The notes: generated from the letters alone by a model not told the origin. A stretch of 61,768 nucleotides of DNA from Folioceros fuciformis (GCA_049999805.1 JBNGIO010006002.1:1-61768); one strand, 5' to 3'; shown: positions 17,073-31,319, counted from the first letter of the stretch. Made by a program: numbers and translations.

Positions 17073-18101
17073 ATGGCGGGAGCTCTGATTGCTTCTTTGA
17101 GGGGGCAGGGCCGTGTGCTGGTGGGCCAGGTGAGACATTTCAGCTCAGGGCATAAGCGCATCGATCTGGATGCCCCCATCGCCTTGGCCGCTGCCCGCAC
17201 CTGGGATGAAGGCGTCTCCTCCAACTTCGCCACCACGCCGATATCGGACATTTTCAAGGCAAGCGCTTGATTTGTTTGAGCTAGCAGTCGAGTTGCAGCA
17301 GCTAGACCGTCTCAGTGTTGTGGACAAGTCTGAGTTTGTGATCTCGGATGAGATTAGAGAGTGTTAGGGCCGGGCAAGGTAGGAGCACGTCCTTCCGGGA
17401 TGAGCGCAGCTGACAGAATTTGCTCAATTGATTGTTTGTTTGCAGAACAGGAAGGTTGTGATCTTCGGCGTTCCTGTAAGTTTTCAGAATTGAAGAGTGG
17501 TTAGCAGTGTTTCCACATCGTCAAGGCAAGCGGGTGAACTGGGGCCATGGTTTGAGTTGATGCAGGGTGCTTTTACTGGAGTCTGCTCGCAGCAGCATGT
17601 GCCGAACTACTTGAAGGCAGCAGATAAACTGAAGGAAAAAGGTGTCCATGAAATCGTCTGCGTCTCTGTGAATGACCCCTATGCCATGAACGCCTGGGCT
17701 GAAAAGCTTGGTGCTAAAGGAAAGGTTAGTTTGCTGCTCGAGTATGTTGTGACTTTCGGCATGTTATGGCAGATATCAGTTTTCACACCTTCTGCTTTGC
17801 CATGGCATGAACAGATTTCCTTCTTCGGAGACCATTTGGGGAAGTTCAACGAGTCTCTGGGTTTGGGATTTGATCTGACGAAAGCTCTCCTCAGTCATCG
17901 ATCAAACAGGTTCCTCTTTTGGAAACTGCATTACGTTTTCCTTGTTATCTGGTCGGTTAATTTGTAACCTATGTACGTGCCTTGTCCGTAATTAGGTGGT
18001 CGGCTCTTATTGATAATGGCGAGATCTTGGTCCTGAATGTGGAGGAAAACCCGGGCGAGTTCAAAGTCAGTGATGCTGATACACTTCTGCGCTCGCTCTA
18101 G
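17073..18101 (+). CDS. PRXIIF: Mitochondrial type II peroxiredoxin F
   Basis: Exons 17073-17258, 17446-17475, 17566-17724, 17815-17909, 17996-18101. Motifs ARTWDEGVSSNFATT, KVVIFGVPGAFTGVCSQQHVP, CVSVNDPYAM and RSNRWSALID. First intron is GC-AG. Confidence 0.96.
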
Positions 18102-18375
18102 CAAGTACATATTGCAAAGATGGTGTGCCGGGGCTGTCAATTGCAGCCTATAAACGAAAGCCAGGAATACAATTTTGTAGAGCTACTCGTGGTCGATTGA
18201 ACACGCTTTCTCTCCTCCAGGCTGTGCATATACAGGGGAAAGTAGTCTACAGACGGTCTGAGTGCTTTGGGGAAGAGCTAGTGAGCAGGAAAGCATGGGT
18301 GTGAACGTCCCAACGGAGTTCCAACTTTGTAATCTTGCTGTGGTTCTAAGAGACATCCCTCTCCCGCGTGGCTCC

Positions 18376-20446
18376 TTAAAACCTGAGCTTTAACGGGGGT
18401 GTAGCAAAGGTGTAGGCTTCATAGTTGATCACCTGCCCCAGAACGCTGAAGTTCGTGAAGGCAGAAATGAGGTCCACCTGCAAGACGATGACACAATCCA
18501 CCGTCATGAGATGTCAGCACCAGCATTTGGGGCTACGTTACGTTAGAGCTCCATCCATCAAAGTAGGGGATTTAAGGAAAACAAAATACCTCGTAGTCGG
18601 TTCTTGATACCGTCTGCCTGCTCCTCCGGTACTTGTCAATCCATGGAAGAAACTCTGGGTCTGTCGCCAGCTTCTCTTCAACGGCGGTAGGATCATCACC
18701 GATAAAAGAAGCGAGAACGGTGATCTGCAGGAGATAATTTGCCGAGAAGCCCAGTAAGCGCCTCGAGCGTCTATTCTGGACAACTTGCCACACATCCACT
18801 GGCAAAAGGTACTACATACCTGTCGAGGCTTTAAGCCGTAGAGAGCAAACTTTTGCTTGATCTCTGCAACCGATGCATCCTCCCAAACTGGAACCCGGCC
18901 TTCTGGATCGGGCTCGGTAGCATCTTTACGGCCGAAGTTCTTCTCGAAATAGCCCCACTGTCAACAAACACACCAGTGATCTAATGTCATCGCCGAGGAA
19001 CGGACAGCATTAACAAGCTTTACGCAACAAAAAGTTGTGACTGGGAAAGGAAATACCTGTCCGTTTGATCCGTAAGCTGTGAAGAGTGTCAGCCCCTTCT
19101 TTTCGTCACCACCGGCCTTGGCAATGGCAGCATCCAGAAATAATTTCTTGGACGCAGATTCTCCTGCAATAACGATCGCAGGCCAGCCGTGAGTTTTTGC
19201 TGCCAGGACCGTTAACGATACAAGGTAAAAGATAGGCGGTAGGCAAAAATGCCTACCTCCTAACTGTATCAGATCAGCCCAGCCCAAGGGGCCGTTTCGG
19301 GATTCACCATCAAGCTGTTCCTTGACAGTTGTCAGAAGGTTGACAGCACCTTCTAGACCTTTGTTTTCTGGTCTGCTCAGTTCTGAGCTGTCGACACACA
19401 TACGAAGATCACTGGTTAGGTCTACGTGCTCGTCCCCTGCTCCCTTCTCCAACCTCAAACCTGCAGAAGGAAGCAAACAAGTGGGCTACCTGACTCTAAT
19501 AGAACCATTGGCTCCACCGGTCTTGGTTGCCTTCCAATGCAAAAATTTCAACCAGCTCGCTTCTGTCAAGTGAAATCCCAACTCTACAACATGGACGACT
19601 GTAGGCAGCAAACCATGCACCAGTGCCAATATCAAAGGTAGTGAAAACGGAGGTCCACCTTGTCGTAAGTCAGTGCATCGTTGAGGGCTAGCTTGAGAAG
19701 AGAAGGGACAAGCTCAGGATTGGCCTAAACACCACCCACGAGTCCCTTAGTCTCGAACATCAACACTGTGCAAAAGTGTACAGGGAAGATATGACCACCT
19801 CCCAAAGATTTCACACCTTAATTGCCGCTCTCAGAGCCTCCTTGATGCTCTCTGCACTCCCACTCCCACAAGGAGGAGTTGACGTCCATCAGTTCAAAGT
19901 ACAAAAACATATCGAACAACAGATTCAAAGATTCTCAACTCACTCAAATATTCGCCCCGCTGTAATCTCTGTGTCAAATCAGCTGCATTGGCAAGCTCTG
20001 GAGCGGCTATAGCGCCCCAAATTCCGCCCTGCATTTGATATCAAATTGTCAACTGAAGCAAAACGCAAAACCGTGAGTTATGCAGCAACACCAATAATAT
20101 GGTGTGATGGAACACTCACCGCCACTGCTGCGGCGCTCAAGCTCACAAACTCTCTCCGGCCAAAGGAACCCTGCTCTGCGTTGCCGTCGTTTCCCTGACA
20201 CCTGATGGCAAGCTTTGTACATAGCAAGCAGCATTTTGAGTCTACTGACACAACCGCATTGTACGAGAACTGCACCATAAGTTCAGCACGAAGGACAGGA
20301 GTGTGGACCTGCGAAGGATCAGGAGCAGAGGGCATGCGACATTGTGAGGAGGAAGCGAACGCGGAGGTGGAGCAGCTTCCCTGCTGCACAGAGCTGTTCC
20401 TAGATGCAAGGGTGGAGGAAAGCGGGACCGAGAGCGACAACGCCAT
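18376..20446 (-). CDS. TL29: Thylakoid lumen 29 kDa protein (APX-like TL29/APX4)
   Basis: Transit peptide with twin-Arg FGRREFVSL. Exons read NPELVPSLLKLALNDALTYDK, SSELSRPENKGL, WADLIQLG, AYGSNGQWG, EEKLATDPE and QVINYEAYTF...KLRF*. Confidence 0.93.
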
Positions 20447-21052
20447 CGCCGCCTACTTCCAAGCAACTTCCACGCCTTTCGACTGCTTCCTCACAATGAC
20501 CGTGGCCCCTGCGGACGATTTTGGCTAGCCACCGGGTTCAACTCACCCGGTCAGTCGGTTCGATCCCCTCAAGGCCTGCGATGGTCCTAAGCTCTGCTTG
20601 TGATTGCATTATCCGAAACAGGCGGCGCTCGACGCGCATTTAACCGGCCGCTCAACTCGACTAGGAGGAGAAGAAGACCAGCCGGGCTGATACCGCTCAC
20701 CGAAGATTTGGTAGGGTTGCAATCCGACATTCTGTTCGTCGGCGAGCGTCATCTGATCCCAAGTTACCTCCACTCCGTGAGCAAGAGTGTGATATCGAAC
20801 GATGGGAAAAGGGAGGAAGCATGGCACGAAGGAAGTAAATTGCGTGGCGAGACACAGGTCCTTGCAAGTCAATCCGTTTTACATGGTTGAGCTGAGAGGT
20901 CGGCGAACACAATTGCGTAGCCCGATGAAGGCCCCTGCTCGCCTCAGATATACAAATGTCTAAGAAAAAATCCGAATGTATTACAGCAGATCTTGTACAA
21001 GCATGGGGGGATTCCAATCCGGAGCGGCAAAATCCGATTCCTAGGCACTCGA

Positions 21053-21584
21053 TCACCGCCTCTTGATAGGGTCGAAGGTAGACACTCCGGCGACGGCAAC
21101 ACCGATGGCAGACAACACCACGCCTCCGGCCACGACGCTGAGCAACAGGTTCTTGAGCGACGGGGACACGCCTGGTTGCGCGGCCTCGGCAATCTCTGGC
21201 AATATGGCGGCAGCCATGAGCGCCAGGGCAGTGAGGCCAGCTTCATTGTGCTGCTTTCGGGGCGCGGCGCTGCACAGAATCAAGCACACGTCACACACTT
21301 AGAGACTGCCATCGGCCGCCACAACATTGAGTCGTCCATTCTCCGCCGGAGCCGAAACTGCAGCTACAGCAGGAGCTTTCCTTCCATTCCCTGATAGCAG
21401 CATAGTGCATTGCATTTTGTGCCTACCTCATGACGACGCGGCTGGCGGAGGCTGCCACCAGCCTTGTCCGCTTGGCGGGGGCGGCCATGGCCAGGCCCTG
21501 ATGTGCGGGCAAGGCCCGGCTACTCTGCTGCTGCGCCAACACGGCGGGCGCGACGGCCACGGTGACAGCAGCTGCGCACGCCAT
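21053..21584 (-). CDS. PsbX: Photosystem II subunit X precursor, 2 exons
   Basis: Exon 1 (21584-21427) is the transit peptide. Exon 2 reads [48 protein letters not shown]. Confidence 0.95.
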
Positions 21585-22750
21585 CGCTCCTGGTTTTGGT
21601 AGCTTCGAGGTCTGCAGACTGGTGGCGGTAGAGAGGCGCGCACGCACGTAGCGTGATGCGAAGTGAAGTCCTGGCAACACGGAGGGAGATGCGAGACAGA
21701 GTTTGACAGAGCGAAAGGTGACGGGGGTTTGGTTTGGCCAGACGCTTGGCCCCTTCCAGGATAAGGCACCGGAAGGGGATAGGCTAGGAGCCAATTGGGG
21801 GGTGGAGCGCGTACCAGCCACAACTGCAGATAAACCCTTTTTCCCACTTCCCCAATATCACTCAATTTCTATCTCCTCTTGCTCCTAATACATGCACGTA
21901 ACGGCTGTCCCTGAGGACGATGCTTGTCATCCGACACAAGACAAACGTAAATCCTCGTATAAATTATATTAAAACCGATGAGTCGGTATGTAACAAAAAT
22001 TGTTCATCGAACGAACTGTTTTTGGTAGCAAATGCGCCTTCCGCAGGTCCTTTATTTCCCTCCCTGGGGTGGGACAAGCGGAGTACTGTCATCACCCACA
22101 GTGGAGTGGTGGAAACGGGAAACGCCTCTAACGCAAGAAGAAAATTGTCAGCCGTAGCTACGTGTCCCGAGACATTTCGCCACGTCTAAGTTGCAAGGCC
22201 CGCAGAGAAGCCAACACACCTTCTCCGCCTCCCCATCCCTGACCCCATGGTGGCCGCTCTCGTCTGCAACGTGGACCACCAGTACCTCTAACTCACAGGT
22301 GTAATCTAGATCAAACTTCACTTGTTGGCTCAGTGTCTCCAAGGTCAAGCCCGCCACAGTGCTGCGTTCTTGTGTCTTTGTGACCAGACGACGACTCCAA
22401 CCTGATCTCCCCATCCTATAACATCTTGTCGCGTGGACGAACCCTCCACGGTCATGAGACTTGCTAAAAAAAGGATTCTATACCTCCTGCATTACTCACC
22501 GTTGAATCTGCGGGGATGTGGGGGGCACTTCAAGAGATACCGCGACTGACAGCTCCAAGCAGCTCACCAGGGGTCCAAAAGATGGCGGCCCTTAAATGAT
22601 TCCTGCACCATCGACGGAGCTAGGGAGATTAATAGGAGTTGTGACAACAGCAATGACCCAGGGCGACAGAGTGAAAACGTTTCACACACTTGCGTACCAT
22701 GATGTGTGGAATCAGCCGACTTGGCGCTTGGCTGATTAGATAGACCGGCG

Positions 22751-25700
22751 TCAGTCCTGGGTGGATAGCTTTACCACCTTACCGATTGCCACCGTCTTGC
22801 CTGCAGTGCCAGGATGTAAGAGCATGGACATCTCAACCCGCCAAGCACTCAAGAAGAAAGGCGTCAACAACCTTCATCACGAAGAGTGAAACGCCCAAGT
22901 TGAGGAAAGTCGTCAAACTTCTCCACACAGATGAGCTCATTCACCTTGCATAATATCAACGCTCTCTCAGGGTCGTTCACGACGTAAAGTGGCAAGGATA
23001 AAGTCACCATTCCCGGCTGATTTGGCAATGAAAATAGTACCTGAATGCGAACAACCACAACGGCCCCACTCTTGACGAAGAGCACTTTCTTCTTCATCGG
23101 CTTTCTTGTCTTTGGGTCAATCTGCTGTAAGATCTCAAGGATCTCACATTCCTCAACAACAGAGTGCACATGGAGGACGGCCTTGTAACCTGCTGTGAAG
23201 ATGGCCTGCATACACCATGAACCCTTTAGGACACAACCGACAACCGAAGCTCTGTACATGCAAGGGTACAAGTCTAAGCACCATGCATAAACACTAACTA
23301 GCTCAAGACGCCCGTGGCTGGGCTACTTCATCCTACACAGGCCACCTTGTGATCAAGAAGCTCAAGTATTTGTAGCTGGGCATCAAACTCCAAAACCGCA
23401 GTTATTGGCTTGGCTGCAGCACAATCAACAATTCACAATTCAGCCAGCTGTTTTCACAAAAAGAACTGCTCATAAGAAACCACAAGTTCCATATCGACTT
23501 GCATTGACAGGAAGCATCAGGCAAACTATGTACATGGAGTCTACTGAGGGAAGCGTTGAATATTTACTCAGGCTCGAAAGTACAAAGCCAGGTGAGATGT
23601 CCTCCTCCTCCACCCCAGAGAGTCTGATCCGCAGGTTCTCCCCAGGTTTCGCATAAGAAACTTCATCATTGTCTCTGTATATTGTGACCACTTTCACATT
23701 GGCCTGTGCTCAAGGACAGAACACATGATGAGACTCCACAGTCAGCAGGGACAAGCGGCACAGATAAAAAAAAGTTAGTTTTAAAACGAAATCAACAGCT
23801 GTTTCGGAAGAACGGAAATTATATACCTTATTCGGCATCACCACCAAGCTGTCACCTCGTCGCACACTTCCCGACTCTATTTTGCCCATTACAACAGTTC
23901 CCATATCCCTGTACTTGTCGATAAGAGGCATTCTGCAATCACATCCTACACCTATTAGCCAGAAGGGACAGGAGGGACGGGAGGGATCCTCATGTCAGGA
24001 CCAGTGAAGTACCTGAAAGGACCGCTGTCATCTCTTTCTGGAAGCTCTACTGCATCAAGCGCTTCAAAGAGACAGGGCCCATCATACCAGGGACATATGT
24101 CTTTACCCACTCTTGACTTCATGTTCACACCCAAGAGCCCCGAAATTGGCAGAAATGAAACATCTGCATACCAAAAAACAAAAAAGGTGTTGAGAACCCA
24201 AGGCCCATTTCACAGTTTCCATCAAAATCTTGTGAGATGCATTTGCAGCACACTGTTTGCTCACCTTTCTTTACATTATACCCACACGACCGTAAGAATG
24301 GTGATATCTTCTTCTCAATCTCATCAAACCTGCAATCAAGAGCCAATCAAGATAGGCACTGCAACAGGACGTGCGGTCAGGCTATGAATAAACCTAGAAA
24401 CCACTGTGTGTGAGATCAAAACCTTTCTTTGGACCATTCCACTGAAGGATCATCCATCTTGTTGACCACCACGAGCAACTTTGAAACACCTAGAGTCTTA
24501 GCTAGTTGTGCATGCTCTCGAGTCTGGCCCCCTCTCTCAAACCCAGTCTCAAATTCTCCTCGTCGAGCAGCAACCACCTAGAGTACCAGAATAAGTCAAT
24601 CATGACCCAACCTTCCATTGAAAAAACGAAGTTCTCTACAGAGTCGTAGCAATAGTTGAACAACTAACCAAGACTCCAACATCGGCCTGTGAGGCACCGG
24701 CAATCATATTTGGCACATAATTTTTATGCCCCTGTACGAGGGATGAATGTCAGGCTAATCCAACACTACCAAAGAAAAAAAACATGACGTATCGGACAGC
24801 TAACACATACTCTCGAAGGAGAGCCATCGAACAACTCAGGAAAACGAAAGGGAGCCCACCGGAGCATCCAAAATAGTAAACCTTGATTTCTCCGTCTCAA
24901 AATGAGCTCGGCCAACCTCCACAGTCTTACCCTGCGAAGTGGTATAGCATGTCAGTGGGGTGGGAATTGAAACCGCTTCCAGGATGAAAACGAGAAGTTC
25001 CGTGCACAGTTCCCCACATTGAAGAAACTTGTACTCGAACTACTCATACTACTGATGGAAGACCGTGCACACATCCATGGGATCAAACCTTTGCGCGCTC
25101 TTCTTCATTGGTATCCATGATATAAGCCATGTACCTGATAGGCATTATTCATAAATCAAAAACTAAGAAGCCCCTCGTGATGCACGGAATATTGAATGAA
25201 TCCGAGAGAAGAATCACGGAACGTCAGTGACGGATCCGCAAGTACCAGCTCTCCCGATTCTTTTCTTTGGCTTCACGCTCATACTTCTGGATGGTGCGCT
25301 CATCAACCATGTTGCTCAAGTAAAGTGTCTGCCCTCCAATAGTGGACTTCCCCGCATCTGAACAGTAGTGTCAGAGCACCGTTTCAACGAACCACCCCTT
25401 CAACACACAAGAGGACACCTACAGAAGAATAACTGAGCTCACAAACATACCGACATGACCGATAAAAACCACATTCACATGCTTTCTGTTGTCGGTCGGC
25501 TCTTCAGGAGCCCCAGCAGGCTTGTCTCGATTGTCGTGGTCCCCGGCCCCTTCTTCAGCGATCTCAAGAGGCACTCCATCCTCACGCTCATCAGCATCTG
25601 GCAAAGCACGACCACCCAAGTTGAGCACATAAATACCAAAGCCCCGGACTAGAGTTGCCACGTCATCCTCCATCCAGCTTCACTCCACTCCATTCCCCCT

Positions 25701-25952
25701 CATTCAATTCCTCTCGCAAATTCAGCATACCCTTGACCTCATTCGCCCACCTTGCGGCTCCCTGCTCAGATCCAGTTCAGCCAACTTGACTGCAACAGCC
25801 TTCTCTTCTACAGGCTTCGCGTCTGCAAACTCCTTGCCATGGCCGTCCGCTTGCACATCAGAGAACTTGTCGGCCCAGGACTCATTGGCCGCATCATCCT
25901 CCTCACCACCCTGTTGGGCAAATTTCTCAGACCAGGTATCCTCAGTCGTCAT
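22751..25952 (-). CDS. eRF3: Eukaryotic peptide chain release factor GTP-binding subunit eRF3
   Basis: Exons read [97 protein letters not shown] and [21 protein letters not shown]. Stop 22753-22751. Confidence 0.96.
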
Positions 25953-26387
25953 GGTTAGCTCGCCCGGCTCCCAGACGCGCTTGGGCGCAGCCTTTCCGAC
26001 ACAAGACAGCCCAGTCCACTACGATCGTATCGGTGCGACCTGTTCCAGAAGGAACTTGTCCACCAAAAGGAGGCGATTTCTCAAAACCTAAAATTTCAGA
26101 AACTATATGCGCCCTGCCGTAGCGCTTACCCTAACAAGGATTCACCTGTGTCTGAAAGTTCGACGATCTAGGAGACTCGCATCCGCTCTCGCATCGCCAC
26201 AGTGCGAGGACGTCTGTTGTGTCGAATAACCTTTGACTGGGGGCCGATGCGAGTCTTCGGCAAACTTCAGTGGTAGCAGTAATTGCGACTGCCAGTCGTG
26301 CCGGGCGCGTTTCAACCTTTTTGTTCAGCGTTTCATCCTTTCACGTCTCAACCGTGTCATTGCTGAGGACTGGGCTGCAAGGTGACG

Positions 26388-28397
26388 ATGGCGTCCGGGA
26401 GCGGCGCACTGAGTCCAGGCAGCGAGGAGGAGGTGACGCTGGCAGTGAAATGGGCAGGGAAGGAGTACATCGTCAGAGTGTGCGCAGATGACACAGTTGG
26501 AGAGTTGAAGCGTCGGATCTGTGAGGTGACTAGTGTGCTGCCGAAGCGGCAGAAGCTGCTGAATGTGAAGGCGGGATCTAAGCCAGCCACGGACGCGTCT
26601 TTGCTGGCGGATTTGAATCTGAAGCCTGGAATGAAGATCATGATGATGGGGTAAGCAGTTCTCGGATAGGTTTGGCCTGCCGATGGAGCTGCATGGTGCG
26701 TTTTGTGGAGGTCGCCTTAGGCCGAGCGTTGTCTCTTTCAGAAACAGAGCAACGTGGTATTCCGCGAGAAAGGTTCATCCGCGGCACACCGAAGGTGTGA
26801 TAGGCGTAGAGTGTACTGAGCTGGAGCTTGTCGTTGCACTGTATCCGTTGCAGTGTAGCGGAGCGTTGCCGGATATGTAGATGCAACTGGAGCTTCGTCT
26901 TGTCAGCCAGGGTCCTTAGGCGTGGAAGTTGGTTGTGAGCTTGGGTGGGTCAATGTGTGGTTGTTGATGAATTTAGGTTTTGTTGATATCTGTCCTCGGC
27001 GTGGAAGGTTTATGGGCAAACTCTTGTCTGAAGTTGTGTTTCATTGTTGTTTCTGCTCTGGTTGCTCTGTGAGGGAGAATGGTCTCTGCACCTAGTTAAT
27101 TGGTGGCTCTTTTATGCTCAACGGGCTATTGAGCTGCTCTCGAAGTTCCTGTGTGGACTATCACTTCTGTGATCTTTGTCTCTGCAGACTCTAACATTCG
27201 ATTTTCCAGCACTGTGGAAGATGAGATTCTTGTGGATCCTGTGGATGCACCTCAAGTGATTGATGATTTTGAAATCGGAGATGAAGATGTCGTTCATATC
27301 CAGGACAGGGAAGTGAACAAGCAGAAAGTCAGACGCCGTGTGGAGCAATATAAGGTGAGCTCGTGTGTTGGGTCCGGAATGGCAACCTGCCAAGGCGGGT
27401 CAGAAGCTCATGGGTGACTTTGAAACTGACAGATATCTTTGCTGAATCCCTGTCGGGAAGGAAAGAAGTTGCTTGTGTTGGACATTGACTACACGCTTTT
27501 TGATCATCGCTCGAAGGCTGAGAACCCTCGTGAGCTTATGCGACCTTGTAAGTTTCGCTTGCCTGGACCTGCCCTGTGGATGGTATCCGTGTCAATTCGG
27601 CTGTCACTGTACTGGCCTTCTGCGTCCGTCCGATTCTTCTATACTGGCAATGGTGACAAGCTGTTAGTGGCAGGAAAGCAAGACATAATGCAAGTGTTTG
27701 AGATCGGCAAAGAACTCACAGTGAGGTGTCATGGCAGATCTCCATGAATTTCTTGCAGCTGCCTACACAGAGTACGACATTGTTATCTGGTCAGCTACAA
27801 GGTCAGATTTGTCACCGTTCCTGATCACATTCGGAATTCTAGTCATGTTTTATATCAGATGTAGCTGAACCATTCTAACCTGGCCGTGACTGCAGCATGA
27901 AGTGGGTGGAAGTGAAGATGAAAGAGCTAGGTGTGCTTAGCCATCCCGATTACAAGATAACTGCATTGCTTGATCACCTAGCTATGATCACTGTCCAATC
28001 AGATACCCTTGGTGTATTCGATTGTAAGCCTCTAGGGGTCTTGTGGGGGAAGTTTCCAGAGGTAAAACCCAATTTAGTTCACTTGATGGACATGCACTAT
28101 TTCTCCGTCATGTGTCCCCATTCTAATCACGTTCATGGCTTTAATCTGCTGCAGTTCTACCATCCAGGCAACACCATTATGTTCGATGATCTACCGAGGA
28201 ATTACGTAATGAATCCTCAAAACGGTCTCGTGATCAGACCATTTCGGAAAGCCCATCTCTATCGCACATCAGATCAGGAACTTTTACATCTTTCTCGTTA
28301 TTTGTTGGCTATTGCGCAGCTTGATGATTTGAGAGACCTAGATCATCGGAAGTGGGAAGATTATGTAGAACAAAGCAAGAAAAGGCGACACTCATAA
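26388..28397 (+). CDS. UBLCP1: Ubiquitin-like domain-containing CTD phosphatase 1
   Basis: N-terminal UBL domain (VKWAGKEY...VLPKRQKLL...IMMMG), HAD motif [12 protein letters not shown], and [25 protein letters not shown]. Confidence 0.96.
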
Positions 28398-28914
28398 GGA
28401 GGAGTTTTGAAACTTCCGTTGATCTGCCACGAGGCAAGTATAAGTGAAGTAACGATTATCAACCAGTTTCCATCATGTACGTGTAAATCTCATCTAAGCC
28501 GGATCTCCGCAAAAAATGTTGCGTACCTCGTATAATCTATGTACAGCAATAACAAGTCTGGACAAGAATGTCCGGACCACTAGCACCGACTATGTACAAG
28601 ACAAACAACGTCACTCATAGGCCTATGTACTTATTCAAGAGACCAAAAATTTGCAGTTACAAATTCGCCTACAAGTCAACGTACAACTGAGAATCAGGAT
28701 GATTGGTGGTGACGAAGGCTTGGCTCACGTCACCGGAGACGATGCTTCCCACATTAACCTCCGAGTCTGGCAAATGGGGTCGGTCCACCTCCTGAGACGA
28801 CGAAGATCCACCCCTCGCAAACTTCCTCGCGGCCTTGGCCTCAATTTTCTGTTGCCGTTTTTCTGCAAAAAGCGCTTGCGTTCAGACAACCTTAGCCACT
28901 GCGCTGCTGATCAT

Positions 28915-30886
28915 TTAGGAGAGGTGGCGCTTACTTTCACGACGGCGAGCCTCAGATCGGGCAAAAAGCTCGGCCCACTCTTCAGTCATGACGAACCGTG
29001 GCTCCTCCTCGTACTGTGCCTCCTCTACGTCGTTAGTGTCCCCATCCGTATCCCTTCACACGGCCGTTGCACAGATTAACAACCTGCAGAGCAAGGTACC
29101 GAGAGGGGAAACTGAGACAGAGGATGAGTTGGATCTTACTGCGGTTCCTGGAACGGAGTGGCACCTCCGTCACATAAGACTGCGTCAGTAATATCAGCAC
29201 CCTCTGCGCTGGATTGGACTCTCCTTGGATACAGCACTTGTCCTAGCTTATCTGAAGACATTTCCTCTGGTTTGTGCCATGATGGAGGGGCAGGAGCTTG
29301 AGCAGGGCAACCGGAGTGCCCGCTGTGTGGACCGGACTGATAGCTGAATGCCCATGGACTCATATTACATCTCGGACATGGATAAGGCAAGTAAACCGGA
29401 GAACCATAGAAGAAGGGTGGTGGAGGCCTGACGAAGTTCGTCGGGAAGAAACCGCTGGAGGAATAGGCAGAGCACTGTTGAGAACTGAAACCAGCGCCAC
29501 TGGGCCCCACCTTGCAACCTGGGTGGCAAGATTGCATAACATCGCCAGGTCCTTGTGGAAACTGAGTTGCTCTGGCCGAGTCACCAGCATCAGGCGACTT
29601 CTGTTCCGTCTGAGATGCCGGGTGTCCAGGCTTGTTAGGAGCCACCACTGATGGACATCCAGCAGCCGAATTCAACCCCTTAACCAGATGCTGGCAACAA
29701 CCAATCCCCCAAGCTGCAGCATGCCCACTATCACTCTGCCCAATACCACAAGGAGCACAAACACACTGGCGGAAGGCGGAACTGGGACAAGCAGTCCCGT
29801 CTCTGCGACCGCCCACATCAGAGTGCCCGCACGGAGACGAGAAGTCTCCAGACACGAAGCCAGCAGCACAGGACGACGACCCCGCCCCCGGAACCTGACC
29901 AGCCATACGTGCGCAGGGCGGCATCACCGGCTGCTGAAAGTACCCGGGGTGCATGGGGTACGAAGGATGGGGCCACGGCATGGGAAGGTAGGGCAAGGGC
30001 GGGAACATCCCACCAGGAACATAGGGTGGTGGAAACGGACCCAAATGCGGGAAATGGCAAGGCCCAGCACCTTGCACCCCGGGAGGAGGAAGCCCTTGGC
30101 CACCGCCAAAGTGCTCACCTGAGCTGCTCTGCCTGGCACTCGACATAGCCCCCGACCCCACATTCCCATCCATCCCCTGGCACCCACCGTAAACCCCGTG
30201 CACATCACTAGTCGAGCTCTCTGACACCACAAAACAACATCATCAGCTCCGCTCCCAGCACTAAATCCTAAACCCTAAAAAAAACGAATAAACCCTAAAC
30301 CAACCCCATGGTCACCTGTACATCCAGGGGAAGGGGCGACATCCCCAGTCCCGGGACACTGGTGGAAGTGCACGTTCCTGGTGAGCTTCCCCACCCACTC
30401 CAGCAGCGCCTGGTAGAGCTCGTAGGGGAAATTGGAGACGAGTCCCCGATGCGTCCTCTCCCCACCCGCCAAGGCCCAGTACGACGGCTCCCCGGCCCGG
30501 GTACAGCTGCTCTCGTGGCGATCGATCCGTCTCCACTCCCGACTCATGTACTCCCACCGCGACTGACACTGCTCCGCGCTCCGGTGCACGCCCCTCGCCC
30601 AGCAGGCCTCCTCGATCTCCTGCCACCTCTCCACCCTAGACTTGAGCTCCTTCTGCGCCAGGCCCTCCTTGAGCTGCCTCTCGAAGCCCTCCTTCCTCCG
30701 CACGATGTCCTCCCGCCGCACCGCCTGCAGGATGAGCAGCTCCTGCAGCGTCCAGATCCCCTGCTTGTACACCCTCAATGCAGCCGCTTGGTCGGGAGCG
30801 GGCGCCGCCCAGGAGCCCCCGCCCTCGGTCTCCGACCCACAGCCAGTCCCCGACCGCCCGCCGCCCCCCTCCCTCCCCGGCTCCAT
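28915..30886 (-). CDS. Trihelix / Myb-SANT-like DNA-binding protein with long Pro/Cys/Gly-rich region; 3' exon structure uncertain
   Basis: Exon 1 reads YKQGIWTLQELLIL...RWQEIEEACWARGVHRSAEQCQSRWEYMSREWRRIDRHE...SYWAL. It splices in frame (30317 to 30220) into the 29136-30230 ORF. Confidence 0.75.
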
Positions 30887-31319
30887 GGATCCAGCCGCAC
30901 CGCGCCCTCTCCAAATACATGTTCCTCCCGCCGAACACCAAGACCCGGCGGCGCCCGACACCCGATCGCCTCACCTCCACAGCTGCCAGGGCCGTCGATT
31001 CCAGACACCCAACACATAAGCCGACAAATGCAGGCTCTCCAGCCAGCCAGCCCCAGAATCCCAAGAACGAAGGGAGGCCACGGGACTGATTCACGGCTCT
31101 CCAGGTCTCATTCCGCTAGCCGGGCCCACCACTTAGCCCTAGTTCCGTACATTATGCCAAATGTACGGACTAGAAAGCCTCCTCTAGCTACAGTGTGTAT
31201 CTCCTGGGATTGTGTCCACCCGGCACCCGAAGGCACGTGCTGCCTGGACCTCTCTCACAGTGCTACATGTACATATGTATGTACATGGCGATGCACGATA
31301 TAAACCCAACCCATCTGAG

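Noticed and set aside
20522..20576. tRNA-like sequence (ggttcgatccc B-box)
   Set aside because: The T-stem and acceptor stem do not pair, so no cloverleaf forms.
17073..21584. PrxIIF-TL29-PsbX as a functional redox/photosynthesis cluster
   Set aside because: Different compartments and no visible shared regulatory structure; adjacency is expected by chance in a compact genome.
30308..31303. 331-aa plus-strand ORF
   Set aside because: GC-rich antisense shadow of the trihelix exon 1.
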